This document shows positions 1 through 11,893 of a stretch of DNA of 64,000 nucleotides, piece after piece (the first letter of the stretch is position 1; each line of letters begins with the position of its first letter). The stretch is from NCBI RefSeq assembly GCF_009914755.1, contig NC_060926.1; one strand, written 5' to 3'. Source of the stretch: the human T2T-CHM13v2.0 reference genome, Homo sapiens. A program made the translations under genes and the position numbers. The notes beneath the pieces are model-generated. The model saw nothing but the letters and a program-made list of their open reading frames with translations, searched no databases and had not been told where the DNA came from.

Positions 1-627
1 ACAATTAGAGAAGTATTAGGCAGGAAACTATAAGGAACTACTGCTTCATGGAAAGAAAAGTTCTGAGGAAGGGTAGATCAATGAGGCTACAGAAATGAGG
101 AAAGACATCATGGAAGGAATGGGATTTGAATTTCAGTTTGAAAGCTGAGGAGTGGAGAAGACAGAGAGCAAAGGTGTAGATCCATGAGCCGAGTGGCATG
201 TATGAGTTGCCGGGGTGAAGTTGAGTGTGTGCTGGGAAGTACGAGGGGATTATAGTGGAAGATGAGTTGAAGATCTTGAAAGCCAGGCAGAGAGATTCTT
301 GGATTTTACAAAAACAAGCTGCCAAGTCACAAATCCTAGGGATGTAAGGTTCCTCATTGTTCAAAATAATTGAAATGTCTTTCATCTAGAGGCAGAAGAC
401 AGGATTCAGTTATTTCTCTATCAGGCTTAGGAGTATATAAAAACTGAGATACATTTTTAAAGATATAAAATGATGAATGTAGCAAAACATGGGAGGCCCA
501 AGTGGCTGAAAGAGAAGAATGGATAAAGAGTGGCTAAAAAGTTACCTTTTAATATGATTGCTGAAAAGCATGATGTCAGAAGGATAATGTGCTTAAGGTT
601 GAAAATAGATACGGTTGTTTTGGGACA

Positions 628-985
628 TTGTATTAGTCAAGATAGCTTATACTGTGTAAGCATTCTTCCCAGTTCTCAGTGTTGTAATGTGACAAAAATA
701 TATTTCTCGTGAGAATAGTTGGATTCTCTCCCTAGTGCCTCCCCAGGGCAGCCGCACTCCATGTGATAACTCAGTGGTATTCTCAAGACAAAGCTTCCTC
801 CTGGTCACTGTGATAGGAGAAGAGAAATGGGGAAACCATACAGGTTTGTCAGAATTGATGCTTTACTTTTGCCCACACATTCATCAGCTAAAACTGTTAT
901 TTTCCCCTCAATTAACTAAAGGGTGGCTTGACTGGTATAGTCTCTATTATATCCAGGAAAAAAAAAAAGACAAATATTGATGAGT
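628..985 (-). mobile_element. Old MaLR LTR fragment (MLT1J/K-like)
   Basis: Starts TGTATTAGTCAAGATAG...; contains 'cacattcatcagctaaaact...cccctcaattaactaaaggg', typical of MLT1 read on the minus strand; very diverged. Confidence 0.5.
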
Positions 986-1249
986 AATCAAAAGGTCAAA
1001 AATAGACATTTGGAGGGTGAAAATATCTACAGTGCAGTTAAAGATACAGGGTTCAGGTTCATTTGATAGCTAAAAATAACATCTGAGTATCATTATTATA
1101 GATGTTCATTTTGCTCTATTACAGAAGTTAACATTTATATGCAGCAGGATTAGAAGGATGAAGTGACAAATTGTGCACATCTGTAGGAAGGCTATCTTGA
1201 ATTGGAACCCAAGCCTGGTCTGAAACCAATGCCCTACTCTTAATCATTA

Positions 1250-1858
1250 TATTAATATTGGACCAGGTTTGTTCTTCCTGTGGTGCAGAAAGCCAATGAC
1301 TAAGAAGATGAGTTTTGCAGTGGAGAAAAAGTTTATTCACAGGGCAGCCCATTAAGGACACAGGAGAACATCTCTCAAATCCAGCTTCTAGAATATAGGG
1401 CTTAAGGGTATTTATGGGGTAGAGAAACAGGGTGGTCTAAGGTATGGGGACAGGTAATTGGCCATGTGGAAAATCAGGCAACTGGTGATCATGCAAACAT
1501 AGTGAGAGTTCAGGGGTCTTCCTAGAACACATGTTCAGACAATGGCAGCGTTAGCATGATATGAGGCAGGATTTTTGGTTCTCTGATGTCAAAAGCTTTC
1601 TTATTGCCTCTCAGGCATTTGCACAGGCCCAGTTGAAGCGTCAGTGGTCTCAGCCAGTTCAAGCTGGACAAGAGCTTCCCTCAATTTTGTGAAAAACAAC
1701 TTGAGTAGTCATTACCTGGTGACACATACTTTAGAGGTTTTACCTCTGCAGAAGCTAGTGAAGGTTAAATTAAAGAGTGTTTAGCAGTGCAGCTTTCAAC
1801 TAGGTAGGTTAAAAAAAATCAAGAAGCAAGCAACTAAAAAGATTAGCCCTCAGTTTCA
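1250..1858 (-). mobile_element. ERV1-class solo LTR (MER31/MER67-like)
   Basis: 'aagccaatgactaagaagatgagttttgcag...agtttattcacagggcagccc...ggagaacatctctcaaatcc' resembles MER4-group LTRs; ends CAGTTTCA (TG start on minus strand); subfamily uncertain. Confidence 0.6.
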
Positions 1859-2807
1859 GTATTATACTTTTTCCCTTACATACATCACAACTGAGTTAGC
1901 AATTTGAACTGAACAGCCCAATTATAAAATGGTTATCAACAAATTATTAAACTGAATGGAAAAGTAAGTTCAAATATGAATTTTCCTGGTCTGTGGGCTG
2001 ATTGCATATGGTATGGCACTTTTTTTTTTTTACCCTATATTCAGATTATAAAATAAATGATCCTACCTTCAGAGGTAATTTCCTGGGTTGGCGGTTGTGA
2101 AGTTTATGATGCGATGCAGTATGTGTCGTAAGGAGACCACAGCTATTGTGGGCAGGGAGATTTCAGGGTGAGCCCTGGTCCTGACACCTACCATCTGGAA
2201 CACTGGGTCCATCAGCTGGTTTAAGAACCATCATTGAACTTTACAGGGAAATCTGTGTTTGGACTAGTGCTTTAGCAAAACACCAGCAGATGCTCTTTTA
2301 GCTACTTTCCCCAATATTTTTGTTGCTAAGTGAGAGTGAGAATCAATATCTTTATTCTGGGGTGGGTATGTGAGACTGTGTTGTCAATAAGAAGATCATT
2401 ATCATTGTTGCTCATTGAGGGGTTATCACTGTTTTATCATTCAAGTCCTTCAACTTATTATATTGACTCAGGCTATCTCCAGAAACAACATGACAATCTT
2501 ATGAGATCTATCTTTGTCGATTGTGACACATGTAAAATACTCCTGCTAGTCGAATCCACTTAATCTCTTCTAATGACAAGGAGGGTCTCCTGTGAAAAAT
2601 AGTACTGGCCAGAATAAGAAATGTGTTGAAAAGATTGAGATGAATCTATGTCAACAAATTCCTTCATGATGCCAATGTGAACATTTGCCACCTTAAAATT
2701 TAATAGTAAAACAAAACAGACTAAAACAAAACAAACACTATTATACTCAAAACACTATACTTTGTGGTATTTCAATAGATGACATCATCCCTCCTTTAGA
2801 GAAATGC

Positions 2808-3092
2808 TCTATTGTTTCTCAAATTTAGCATATCTCTGGAGGGCTTATTAAAGCACAGACTGCTGGGTACCACTCCACAGTTACCGATTCAGTAGATCTG
2901 GGGTGGAGTCTGATAATTTTTATTTCCATTAGTTTCCAGGTGATGCTGGTGCTATTGTTCTGGGAACCATGCTTTGAGAACCACTGTTATTCTCAGACCT
3001 ACTGAATCAGAAACTCTGAGGAGGGCACCTAGTACTCTGTGTTTAAGGCATTTAGCTAATTCTGATGCATGACAGTTTGGAAATCACTGATC
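2808..3092. mobile_element. MER5A followed by a partial MER5 copy (hAT-Charlie MITEs)
   Basis: 'gattcagtagatctggggtggag', 'ctttgagaaccactg', then 'agacctactgaatcagaaactctg'. Confidence 0.8.
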
Positions 3093-3307
3093 TAATAATA
3101 CTGAACAGACTCTGCATATGGGCCAGTTTACCTTTACCCAGCAGATGGGCAAAGTTCAAAGGAAGAGATTCCAATTTCATTGGCCTTCCTTTTAGTGGGG
3201 ATCTATTATGTGAGTAGGGCTTTATTTATATACTTCTAGGAGCCAGGGAAATTAAATAAGATAGTATCCTTATTTTCAGGAGCTAACAGTCCAGTAATGG
3301 AGAAAGT

Positions 3308-3355
3308 CATGTAATCAAATAAATGCCAAGACATGTAATCAAATAAATGCCAAGA
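3308..3355. repeat. Perfect 24-bp tandem duplication (CATGTAATCAAATAAATGCCAAGA)x2
   Basis: Directly visible: 3308-3331 and 3332-3355. Confidence 0.95.
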
Positions 3356-3567
3356 TACCATTATGTAATCTTACACATAGATGGCACCTTTAATGTAGTG
3401 GTTTGAGGAAGTGGTGAGGACCAGGAAAGGCAAAGGGAGGAGCCTTCAGGCACAGTGTTTAAATATCACATCCTCTGTGAAACCTGACCAAGGTCTTAAA
3501 AAGTTATTTATCCAAGTGAATAGAAAGGAGAGGGAGAGGCATTTCAGGCAGAAGGAATAACATTGCA

Positions 3568-3697
3568 ATGAAACATTTCTGGAATATTAATTATTGGAAT
3601 GAAACATTCAAGGAATGTTAACTAGATGGGTATGAAACATTTAGGGGAAATTAGCTAGTTAGATATGAAACATTTCAGGAATACTAACTAGTTTGGT
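3568..3697. repeat. Degenerate minisatellite, 4 units of 31-33 bp starting ATGAAACATT
   Basis: Units start at 3568, 3599, 3632 and 3665; lies in L2-like sequence. Confidence 0.85.
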
Positions 3698-4178
3698 TTG
3701 ACAGGAGTAAAGGGCATTCACTGAGAAGCAAGCAGATGGAGCAGAGTTGATAGGCTCCTGGCACACATTTTAACTATTTGCTAAAATGTTGACTTACGAG
3801 CATCCAAGTTGTAAACTGCCACCTCCCTAACTCCCTCGTGTCATCCTCCCACTGATGAACTGACTGCCTTTCCCCTTTCCCTTCAACATTCTGCAAATCT
3901 AACAACTAAAGGGTAATTGCTCTACAATGAAGGAGGCCTCTGATCCCTTGCTTCAGGGCGACTGCTGTTTGTTTTTTGCTTGTTGGTGCCCAAGCCTTGC
4001 TGGCTTTTATTGTCATCCCTAAATTGAAGAAATTGGAGTAAAAATGTAGGTAAGACCAGATCATGAGGATGCCACAGATAAGGACTTTGAACTTTGTATT
4101 GTAGATACGTTCAGAAAGGATAGAGGGGGCCTATGGCATTTTTGGATGATTGCCTATCATGACAGAGGAGGAAACATG

Positions 4179-6868
4179 CAGACATGCCTTGCTTTATTAC
4201 ACTTTGCTTTATTGTGCTTCACAGATAATGCAGAGGTTTTTGTTTTTGTTTTTTTGAGACGGAGTCTCACTGTGTCACCCAGTCTGAATTGCAGTGGCAC
4301 GATCGCGGCTTACTGCAACCTCTGCCTCCTGGGTTCAAGTGATTCTGGCGCCACAGCCTCCCGAACAGCTGGCATCACAGGTGCACACTATCACACCCAG
4401 CTATTTTTTGTATTTTTTATAGAGACAGCGTTTCACCTTATTGCCCAGGCTGGTCTCCAACTCCTGAGCTCGAAGTGATCCTCCAGCCTTGGTCTCCCAA
4501 AGTGCTGGGATTGCAGGCATGAGCCACCACGCCCAGCCACGGTTTTTACAAATTGAAGGTTTCTGGCCTCGAGCAAATCATAGATGTCATTTTTATAACA
4601 GCATGTTCTTACTTCATGTCTCTATGTTACGTTTTGGTAATTCTTGCACTATTTCAAAATTTTATTATTATGTTATGGTGATCTGTGATCAGTGATTTTT
4701 GATTTTACAGTTGTAATTGTTTCAGAGTGCCACAAACTACACCCATAAGAGAGAATGAATTTATTTCATAAATGTCGCATGTATTCTGACTGCTTCACCT
4801 ACTAGCCATTCTGCATCTCTCTCCTTTGTTGTGGTCATTCTGCTCCTTTAGACATCAAAATATTGAAGTTAGGACAATTAATAACTCTGCAATGGTCTCT
4901 AAGTGTTCAAGTGAAAGGAGGAGTCTAATGTCTCCCTTGAAATCAAAGGCTGGAAATAATTAATATTAGTAAGGAAGACATGTCCAAAGCTAAGATAAAC
5001 CCAAAAGCTAGGCCTCATGTATCAAACAGCCAAGTTGTGAATGCAAAAGAAAAGTTACTGAAGGAAACTAAAAGTGCTATTCCAGTGAACACACAAATGA
5101 GAGGGAAACAGCCTTATGGCTGATATGCAGAAAGTTTTAGTGGTCTGGATAGAAGATCGAACGAACCAGCCACAACATTCCCTTCAGCCAAAACCCGACC
5201 CAGAGCAAGTCCCTAATTCTCTTTAATTCTATCAAGACTGAGAAGGTGAGGAGGTTGCAGGAAAAAGTCTGAACCTAGCAGAGTTTGGTTTGTGAGCTTT
5301 AAGAAAAGAAGCCGTCTTCATAACAAAAAGTGCAAGATGAAGCAGGAAGTGCTGAAGGAGAAGCTGTAGCAAGTTATCCAGAAGATCTAGGTAAGATCAT
5401 TGATGAACGTGGCTACACTTAGCAACAGATTTTCAATGTAGATGAAACAGGCTTCTATTGGAAGAGGATACCATCTGGGACTTTCATAGCTAGAAAAGAG
5501 AAGCCAATGCCAATTTTTAAAGTTTTAAAACGTGGACTGACTCTCTTGGCAGGGACTAAAAGAGTTGATGGCTTGAAATTGAAGCCAATGCTTATTTACT
5601 ATTCTGAAAATCCTGTGGACCTTCAGAATTATGCGAAGTCTACCCTGCCTGTGCCCTATAAATGGAACAATAACTCCGAATGACAGCACATTTGTTTGCA
5701 GCATAGTTTACTGAATATTTTAAGTCCACTGTTGAGACTTACTACTCAGTAAGTCTCAAATTTTGAATAAATTTTTTCAAAATATTACTGCTTATTGACA
5801 GAGCACTTGGTCACTCAAGACCTCTGATGGAGGTATACAAGGAGATTAATGTTGTTTTCATGCCTGCTAACACAACAAACATTCTGCAGCCCATGGATCA
5901 AGGAGTCATTTTGACTCTTAAATCTTACTATTTTAAAAATACACTTTATAAGAATATAGCTGTCATAGTGATTCCTCTGATGGATCTGGGCACAGTAAAT
6001 TGAAAAACTTCTGGAAACGATTCACCATTCTAAGTGCCATTAAGAACATTTATGATTCATGGAAGGAGTGAATAAAAACATCAAAATTAACAGGATTTGG
6101 GAAGAAGTTGATGCCAATCCTGATGTATGGCTTTGAGGGGTTCGAGACTTGAATGGAAGAAATCACTGTAGATGTTGTGGAAATAGCCAGAGAACTAAAG
6201 TTAGAAGTGAAGTCTGAAGACGTGACTGAATTTCCACAACCTCATGATCAGACTTGAATGGATGAGGAGTTGCTTTTTATGGATGAAGAAATAAAGTAGC
6301 TTCTTGAGATGGAAGCTACTTCTGGTGAAGATGCTGTGATCCTTGTTGAAATGACAACAAAGGATTTAGAATATTAAATACATTTGGTTGGTAAAGCAGC
6401 AGCAGGATTTGAGAGAACTTATTAAAATTTTGAAAGAAGTTCTTCTGTGGGTAAAATGCTATCAAATAGTATAGCATGCTCCCAAAAATTTTTCATGAAA
6501 GGAAGAGTCAATGGATGTGGCAAATTTCATTGTTCTCTTCTTTTAAGAAATTGCTGCAGCCACTCCAGCCTTCATCAACCACCACCCTGATCAATCAGCA
6601 GCCATCAATATTGAGTCAAGAATTACCCCCAGCAAAAATATTATGACTTGCTAAAGGCTCAGATGAGAGCAATTTTTAGCAATAAAGGACTTTAAAATAT
6701 GTAGATTTTTAGACATAATTCTATTGCACACTTAATAGACTATAGTATGGTATACACAAATGTTTTATATGCACTGGAAAACCAAAAAAATGTGACTTGC
6801 TTTATTGCAATGTCTACTTTGTTGTGGTAGTCTGGATCAGAACCCACAATATCTCTGTAATATTCCTT
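4179..6868 (+). mobile_element. Tigger1 (pogo-family DNA transposon), essentially full length, transposase decayed
   Basis: 5' end CAGACATGCCTTGCTTTATT; 3' end 'aacccacaatatctctg'; about 2.4 kb without the Alu; transposase motifs 'ttcaatgtagatgaaaca' (FNVDET) and 'ctgcagcccatggatcaagga' (LQPMDQG). Confidence 0.93.
4241..4538 (-). mobile_element. AluS nested in Tigger1
   Basis: Full dimeric Alu with T-tail on the left; GGTTTTT flanks both sides; Tigger1 resumes 'tttttacaaattgaagg'. Confidence 0.95.
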
Positions 6869-7021
6869 TTTACAGAAACTGTCTAGAATATTCATACATT
6901 TTCTATGAGATCCTTATCTTTCATAGTATTTTAAACACCCTGCTAGTTAGTATTCAGTCAGCTGAAATCCCCAAAACCTTGAAATCCCCCACATCTTCAC
7001 TTCAGTTAAAACTGATGTTTA

Positions 7022-7535
7022 GTCATGAAGTCTTTGCCCATGCCTGTGTCCTGAATGGTATTGCCTAGGTTTTCTTCTAGAATTTTTTATGGCTTTAGGT
7101 CTTACGTTTAAGTCTTTAGTCCATGTTGAGTTAATTTTTGTATAAGGTGTAAGGAAAATGTCCAGTTTCAGTTTTCTTCATGTGGCTAGCCAGTTTTCCC
7201 AATGCCATTTATTAAATAGGGAATCCTTTCCCCATTGCTTGTTTTTGTCAGATTTGTCAAAGGTCAGATGGTTGTAGATGTGTGGTGTTATTTCTGAGGC
7301 CTCTGTTCCATTCCATTGGTCTGTATATCTGTTTTGGTACCAATACCATGCTGTTTTGGTTACTGTAGCCTTGTAGCATAGTGTGAAATCAGGTAGTGTG
7401 ATGCCTCCAGCTTTGTTATTTTTGCTTAGGATTGTCTTGGCTATATGGGATCTTTTTTGGTTCCATATGAAATTTAAAGTAGTTTTCTCTAATTCTGTGA
7501 AGAAAGTCAATGGTAGCTTGACGAGAATAGTATTG
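7022..7535 (-). mobile_element. Inverted 5' segment of twin-primed L1PA (L1PA7-like), ORF2 fragment
   Basis: ORF 7178-7510(-) [19 protein letters not shown]...[10 protein letters not shown] is L1 ORF2; left TSD AAAACTGATGTTTA at 7008-7021. Confidence 0.95.
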
Positions 7536-8739
7536 AAACACCAAAAGCAATCGCAACAAAAGCCAAAATTGACAAATGGGATATAATTAAACTAAAGAGC
7601 TTCTGCACAGTTAAAGAAACTATCATCAGAGTGAACAGGCAACCTACAGAATGGGAGAAAATTTTTGCAATCTATCCATCTGATAAAGGTCTAGTATCCA
7701 GAATCTACAAGGAATTTTAACAAATTTACAAGAAAAAAATAACCGCATCAAAAAGTAGACAAAGAATATGAACAGACACTTCTCAAAATAAGACATTTAT
7801 ACAGTCAAAAACATGAAAAAATCTCATCATCACTGGTCATCAGAGAAATGCAAATCAAAACCACAATGAGGTACCATCTCACACCAGTTAGAATGGTGAT
7901 CATTAAAAAGTCAGGAAACAACAGATGCTGGAGAGGATGTGGAGAAATAGCAATGCTTTTACACTGTTGTTGGGAGTGTAAATTAGTTCAACCATTGTGG
8001 AAGACAGCGTGGTGATTCCTCAGGGACCTAGAACCAGAAATACCTTTTGACCCAGCAATCCCATTACTGGGTATTTACCAAAAGGATTACAAATCATTTT
8101 CTGTCTCCCTCCCACTCACTCCTCTTCAACTACACCCACATGTTCTGGGCAGAGGAAAAAGAACATGTAAAATCCCTGAGGAAGACAGTGTGGCAATCCC
8201 TCAAGAATCTAGAACCAGAAATACCAGTTGACCCAGCAATCCCATTACTGGGTATATACCCAAAGGATTATAAATCATTCTACTATAAAGATACATGCAC
8301 ACATATGTTTATTGCAGAACTGTTCACACTAGCAAAGACTGGGAACCAACCCAAATGCCCATTGATAGACTGGATAAAGAAAATATGGCACGTATATACC
8401 ATGGAATACTATGCAGCCATAAAAAGGGATGAGTTCATGTACTTTGCAGGGACATGGATGAAGCTGGAAACCATCATTCTCAGCAAACTAACACAGGAAC
8501 AGAAAACCAAACACCACATGTTCTCACTCATAAGTGGGAGTTGAACAGTGAGAATACATGGACACAGGGAGGGGAACATCACACACTGGGGCCTGTCAGG
8601 GGTTGGCAGGCAAGGGGAGGGATAGCATTAGGAGAAATACCTAATGTAGATGATGGATTGATGGGTGCAGCAAACCACCATGGCACGTGTATACCTACGT
8701 AACAAACCTGCACATTCTGCACATGTATCAGAACTTAAT
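7536..8739 (+). mobile_element. Non-inverted 3' segment of the same L1PA7-like element, with internal 86-bp foreign insert and 100-bp duplication
   Basis: ORF2 C-terminus (...HHMFSLISGS*), 3'UTR, short A tail; right TSD AAACCTGATGTTTA at 8740-8753. Confidence 0.95.
8094..8179 (+). repeat. 86-bp copy of 45275-45360 (L2-derived flank) embedded in L1
   Basis: Ungapped alignment, 80/86 identical, same junction to L1 (TGA|GGAAGACAGTGTGG). Confidence 0.97.
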
Positions 8740-8753
8740 AAACCTGATGTTTA

Positions 8754-9116
8754 AAACTGAGCCCAAAGAAGTAGAGAGTAGAACTGTGGTAGTTAGAGGA
8801 TAGGAGGTGTAGGGACAAAGAGAAGCTAGAGAGAGGTTGGTTAAGGGATACAAAGTTACAGCTAGATGGAAGAAATAAATTCTAGTGTTCTGCAGCACAG
8901 TGGAATGAATATGGTCAACAATAATTTAGTATATATTTTTACAAAACTAGAGAAGAGGATTTTGAATGTTCACAGTATCAATAAATGATACACGTATGAG
9001 GTGATGGATATGCTAATAATTCTGATTTTATTACATATTATAACACATATGAAATATTCTGTATTCCATAATTATGTACAATTATTACGTGTCAACTGAA
9101 AATGAAATGTAAAAAA
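8754..9116 (+). mobile_element. L1MA 3' end fragment
   Basis: 'gaagtagagagtagaa', 'acaaagttacagctagat', 'gaggtgatggatatgctaat', A-rich tail. Confidence 0.85.
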
Positions 9117-10392
9117 TCTTGATGTTTAGAAAATACAAAAGGTATTTGAGGACAAAAACTTGACTAATCACTTTTATGTGCCTTTTAGAACTCATGCCTA
9201 AGTTTTATTTTGTAGTTAAGGTTCTTTATTTATTGAATCATATTGATTCATCTAAAGGATATTAGGAATTCTTAGGAATTCTGCATCATCAAAGATCAAA
9301 TTATAGTCAGTAGTATTTTAATGTCAAATACCTATACGGAGGGAATTTCACTTTTTGAAAAACAAAAATCCTTGCATACTATACATTTAATAACTTTCTC
9401 TACTTTAATGTTAGATGTTCTGGATCACAGAATTCCTGATTATACCAAGTTTTATTATAGTTTTATGAGAGAAAGACCATTAATACTAAACTTCTTTAGA
9501 GTAGCATATTATTAAGAGTGACTGTTTCATCCCCATTAAATAATGTCAGGAGCCTAATCTATATTAACAGGTGGGCTGAGAAAATAGGAAGTGTTATAAG
9601 CAAGGCACATGGAATTTCATGATAGCCTCCTTCCAAATACACATGGAAATATTCCACTTAAGGCATAGTATGAAAAAATAAGGTTTGAGCCTATAATTTA
9701 AAGAAATATCCCTTTTTGATGATAGGAAAAGATACAGACAAATAAAAAAGAGGGTGCCTCTATTTTTGGTAATTATTTATTTGGATGTCAGAGAACTAGA
9801 TTTATCATGTAATTCAATAAATTTCTGCCTAAGGGTAATCTCTACATAGTCCATCCTAGTGTAACATTGCTTATAAATATCTTTCTGCCTATTTGATACT
9901 ACTCTTTAATTCTCTTCCGTTATTATTTGAAATATTTGACTCCCTAGAGCTTACATTGCAGCAAATTTGGCCACAATAAATCAGCTGGAGAATAGTAATT
10001 CATATAATTACTTCATTCCCAAGGATTGGGAGAGTTAGGGCAATGTGTGCTCACATATTTCATCAGAGGCCAAATATAAAGTCAGCTTGTGAAAGGAGTT
10101 ACATTGAGTTTCTTTAGGAGGACCATGAAGAGTTCCAGAAGGCTTGGGGAGACTACTGTCAAAATAAGAACAAAAAAGCAAGTTTCCCTTCCAAGTAAAC
10201 CAAGGGATAAGGCGTAGGAGAAATCGTTTCAAGACACATAAAAAGAATACTCTGCAGCAGATAGTTAACTCTAAGAATTAGGGGGAAAAAAAACTCTTGG
10301 ATGATAGAATCAATAAAGAAAGCTATTAGGAGAGACATTGAGACTTCAGGGACTATCCTGTTGTCCAATGTATTCCTAACTTTCCTTTTTGA

Positions 10393-10700
<308 letters not shown>

Positions 10701-11863
10701 TAATGGATTGATGCTGGCTTTTGCTTGCTGATGGTATTTTCTTCACCTAGGGTCTGATCCTCAGCTTTACCTGGAGTCTCATTTCTCAGTTTGAGAAATG
10801 TATTTTACTCATTTCTCAAGGGGAACAGTTTGTGGGACGCTAAGCCAAAAGTAGAAAACGAACTTTTCAACGAAAGGCCAATTATTTATGCACAGAGATA
10901 GAATTCTCCCTAAAGTGCCTCTCACATAACACCCACTTAAACTCAGATTGGAAAATTTGACCCCTGTTAAACAGACTGAGATATCTAATGCAACTGGTCA
11001 GCATGCTCTTTTCCAATAGGAGAATCCAATTGCCAGTAAGCTAAGACTAGGAAGAAAAGTAGTAGTATGAGAAACAAATGAATTTGCTCATGTACATAGA
11101 CAATGTCATCTTCATTTTTAAGGGCTATAACCTGGTAAACCAGCAAGTAGTCATTAGTGGAGTCCCCTTTACCCTGGTTCATGCTGAAGTAACACAAACA
11201 GTTTTTACTACTCAAATTGTTTTTCAATTGCCCAAATACCCTGTTGTTACATGGTGTCACATTACACTTTCCGAGATGGTATGTTTTCACTCAATCGTTG
11301 TATTTTAGACTTTTATGTTGCTTTTTTCTGACCATATCCTCAGATTCCAAATTCATGGAATTTTGATGTACCCACTAAATATATTTACGAATAATGATTG
11401 TGACTCAGAAATTGTGGCAATAAAATAAAGTCACAAGAAGACATTTTGGAAGTTGATTGTGGGGTGGCATTTTGTATAGAGGAAAACATGGATACCTTGG
11501 AGGCAAACTGACCTCAGTTTGAATCCCTTGTCTGGTACCAACTAGTTGTATAAATCTGGGCAGATACATCACTCAACCACTGTAAACTTCAATACACTCA
11601 TTCATAAAATATAAATATTGTCAGGTACTTTATGATTTTATGAAGATAAAAATTATTATTACCAAAAAGATCCCTGATATATAGTAAAAATTCAAAAGAT
11701 AGCTCTAATATTATGATTATGATTATTTTACTGCAGTTTTCTGAGTTGACCAGATCATTATTTTTGTATGCAGGGAAGTAGGCAACAGGTTTAACCTGAA
11801 CCAATATGCATACATTTGTCAACTTACAGAGGAGAGCAAAGTTATAGTCAGATTCAGCTAAAA

Positions 11864-11893
11864 CACACACACACACACGCACGTACGCACATG
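11864..11893. repeat. (CA)n microsatellite
   Basis: Directly visible. Confidence 0.9.

Noticed and set aside
3568-3697. Repeat-spacer look (ATGAAACATT plus variable ~22 bp) resembling a CRISPR array
   Set aside because: The variable parts are homologous to one another, the context is primate, and there are no cas genes; it is a decayed minisatellite.
4146-4695. ORFs of 110 aa and 68 aa, and similar ones at 10393, 17955, 19607 and 42723
   Set aside because: These are typical Alu-derived translations.
9262-9281. 10-bp tandem duplication TTAGGAATTC x2 (similar cases at 24104 and 42365)
   Set aside because: Common slippage products with no further structure.
10985-11308. Overlapping 101-aa and 76-aa ORFs in unique DNA, with a hydrophobic stretch
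   Set aside because: No recognisable homology, no convincing splice-site pair, and lengths within chance expectation.
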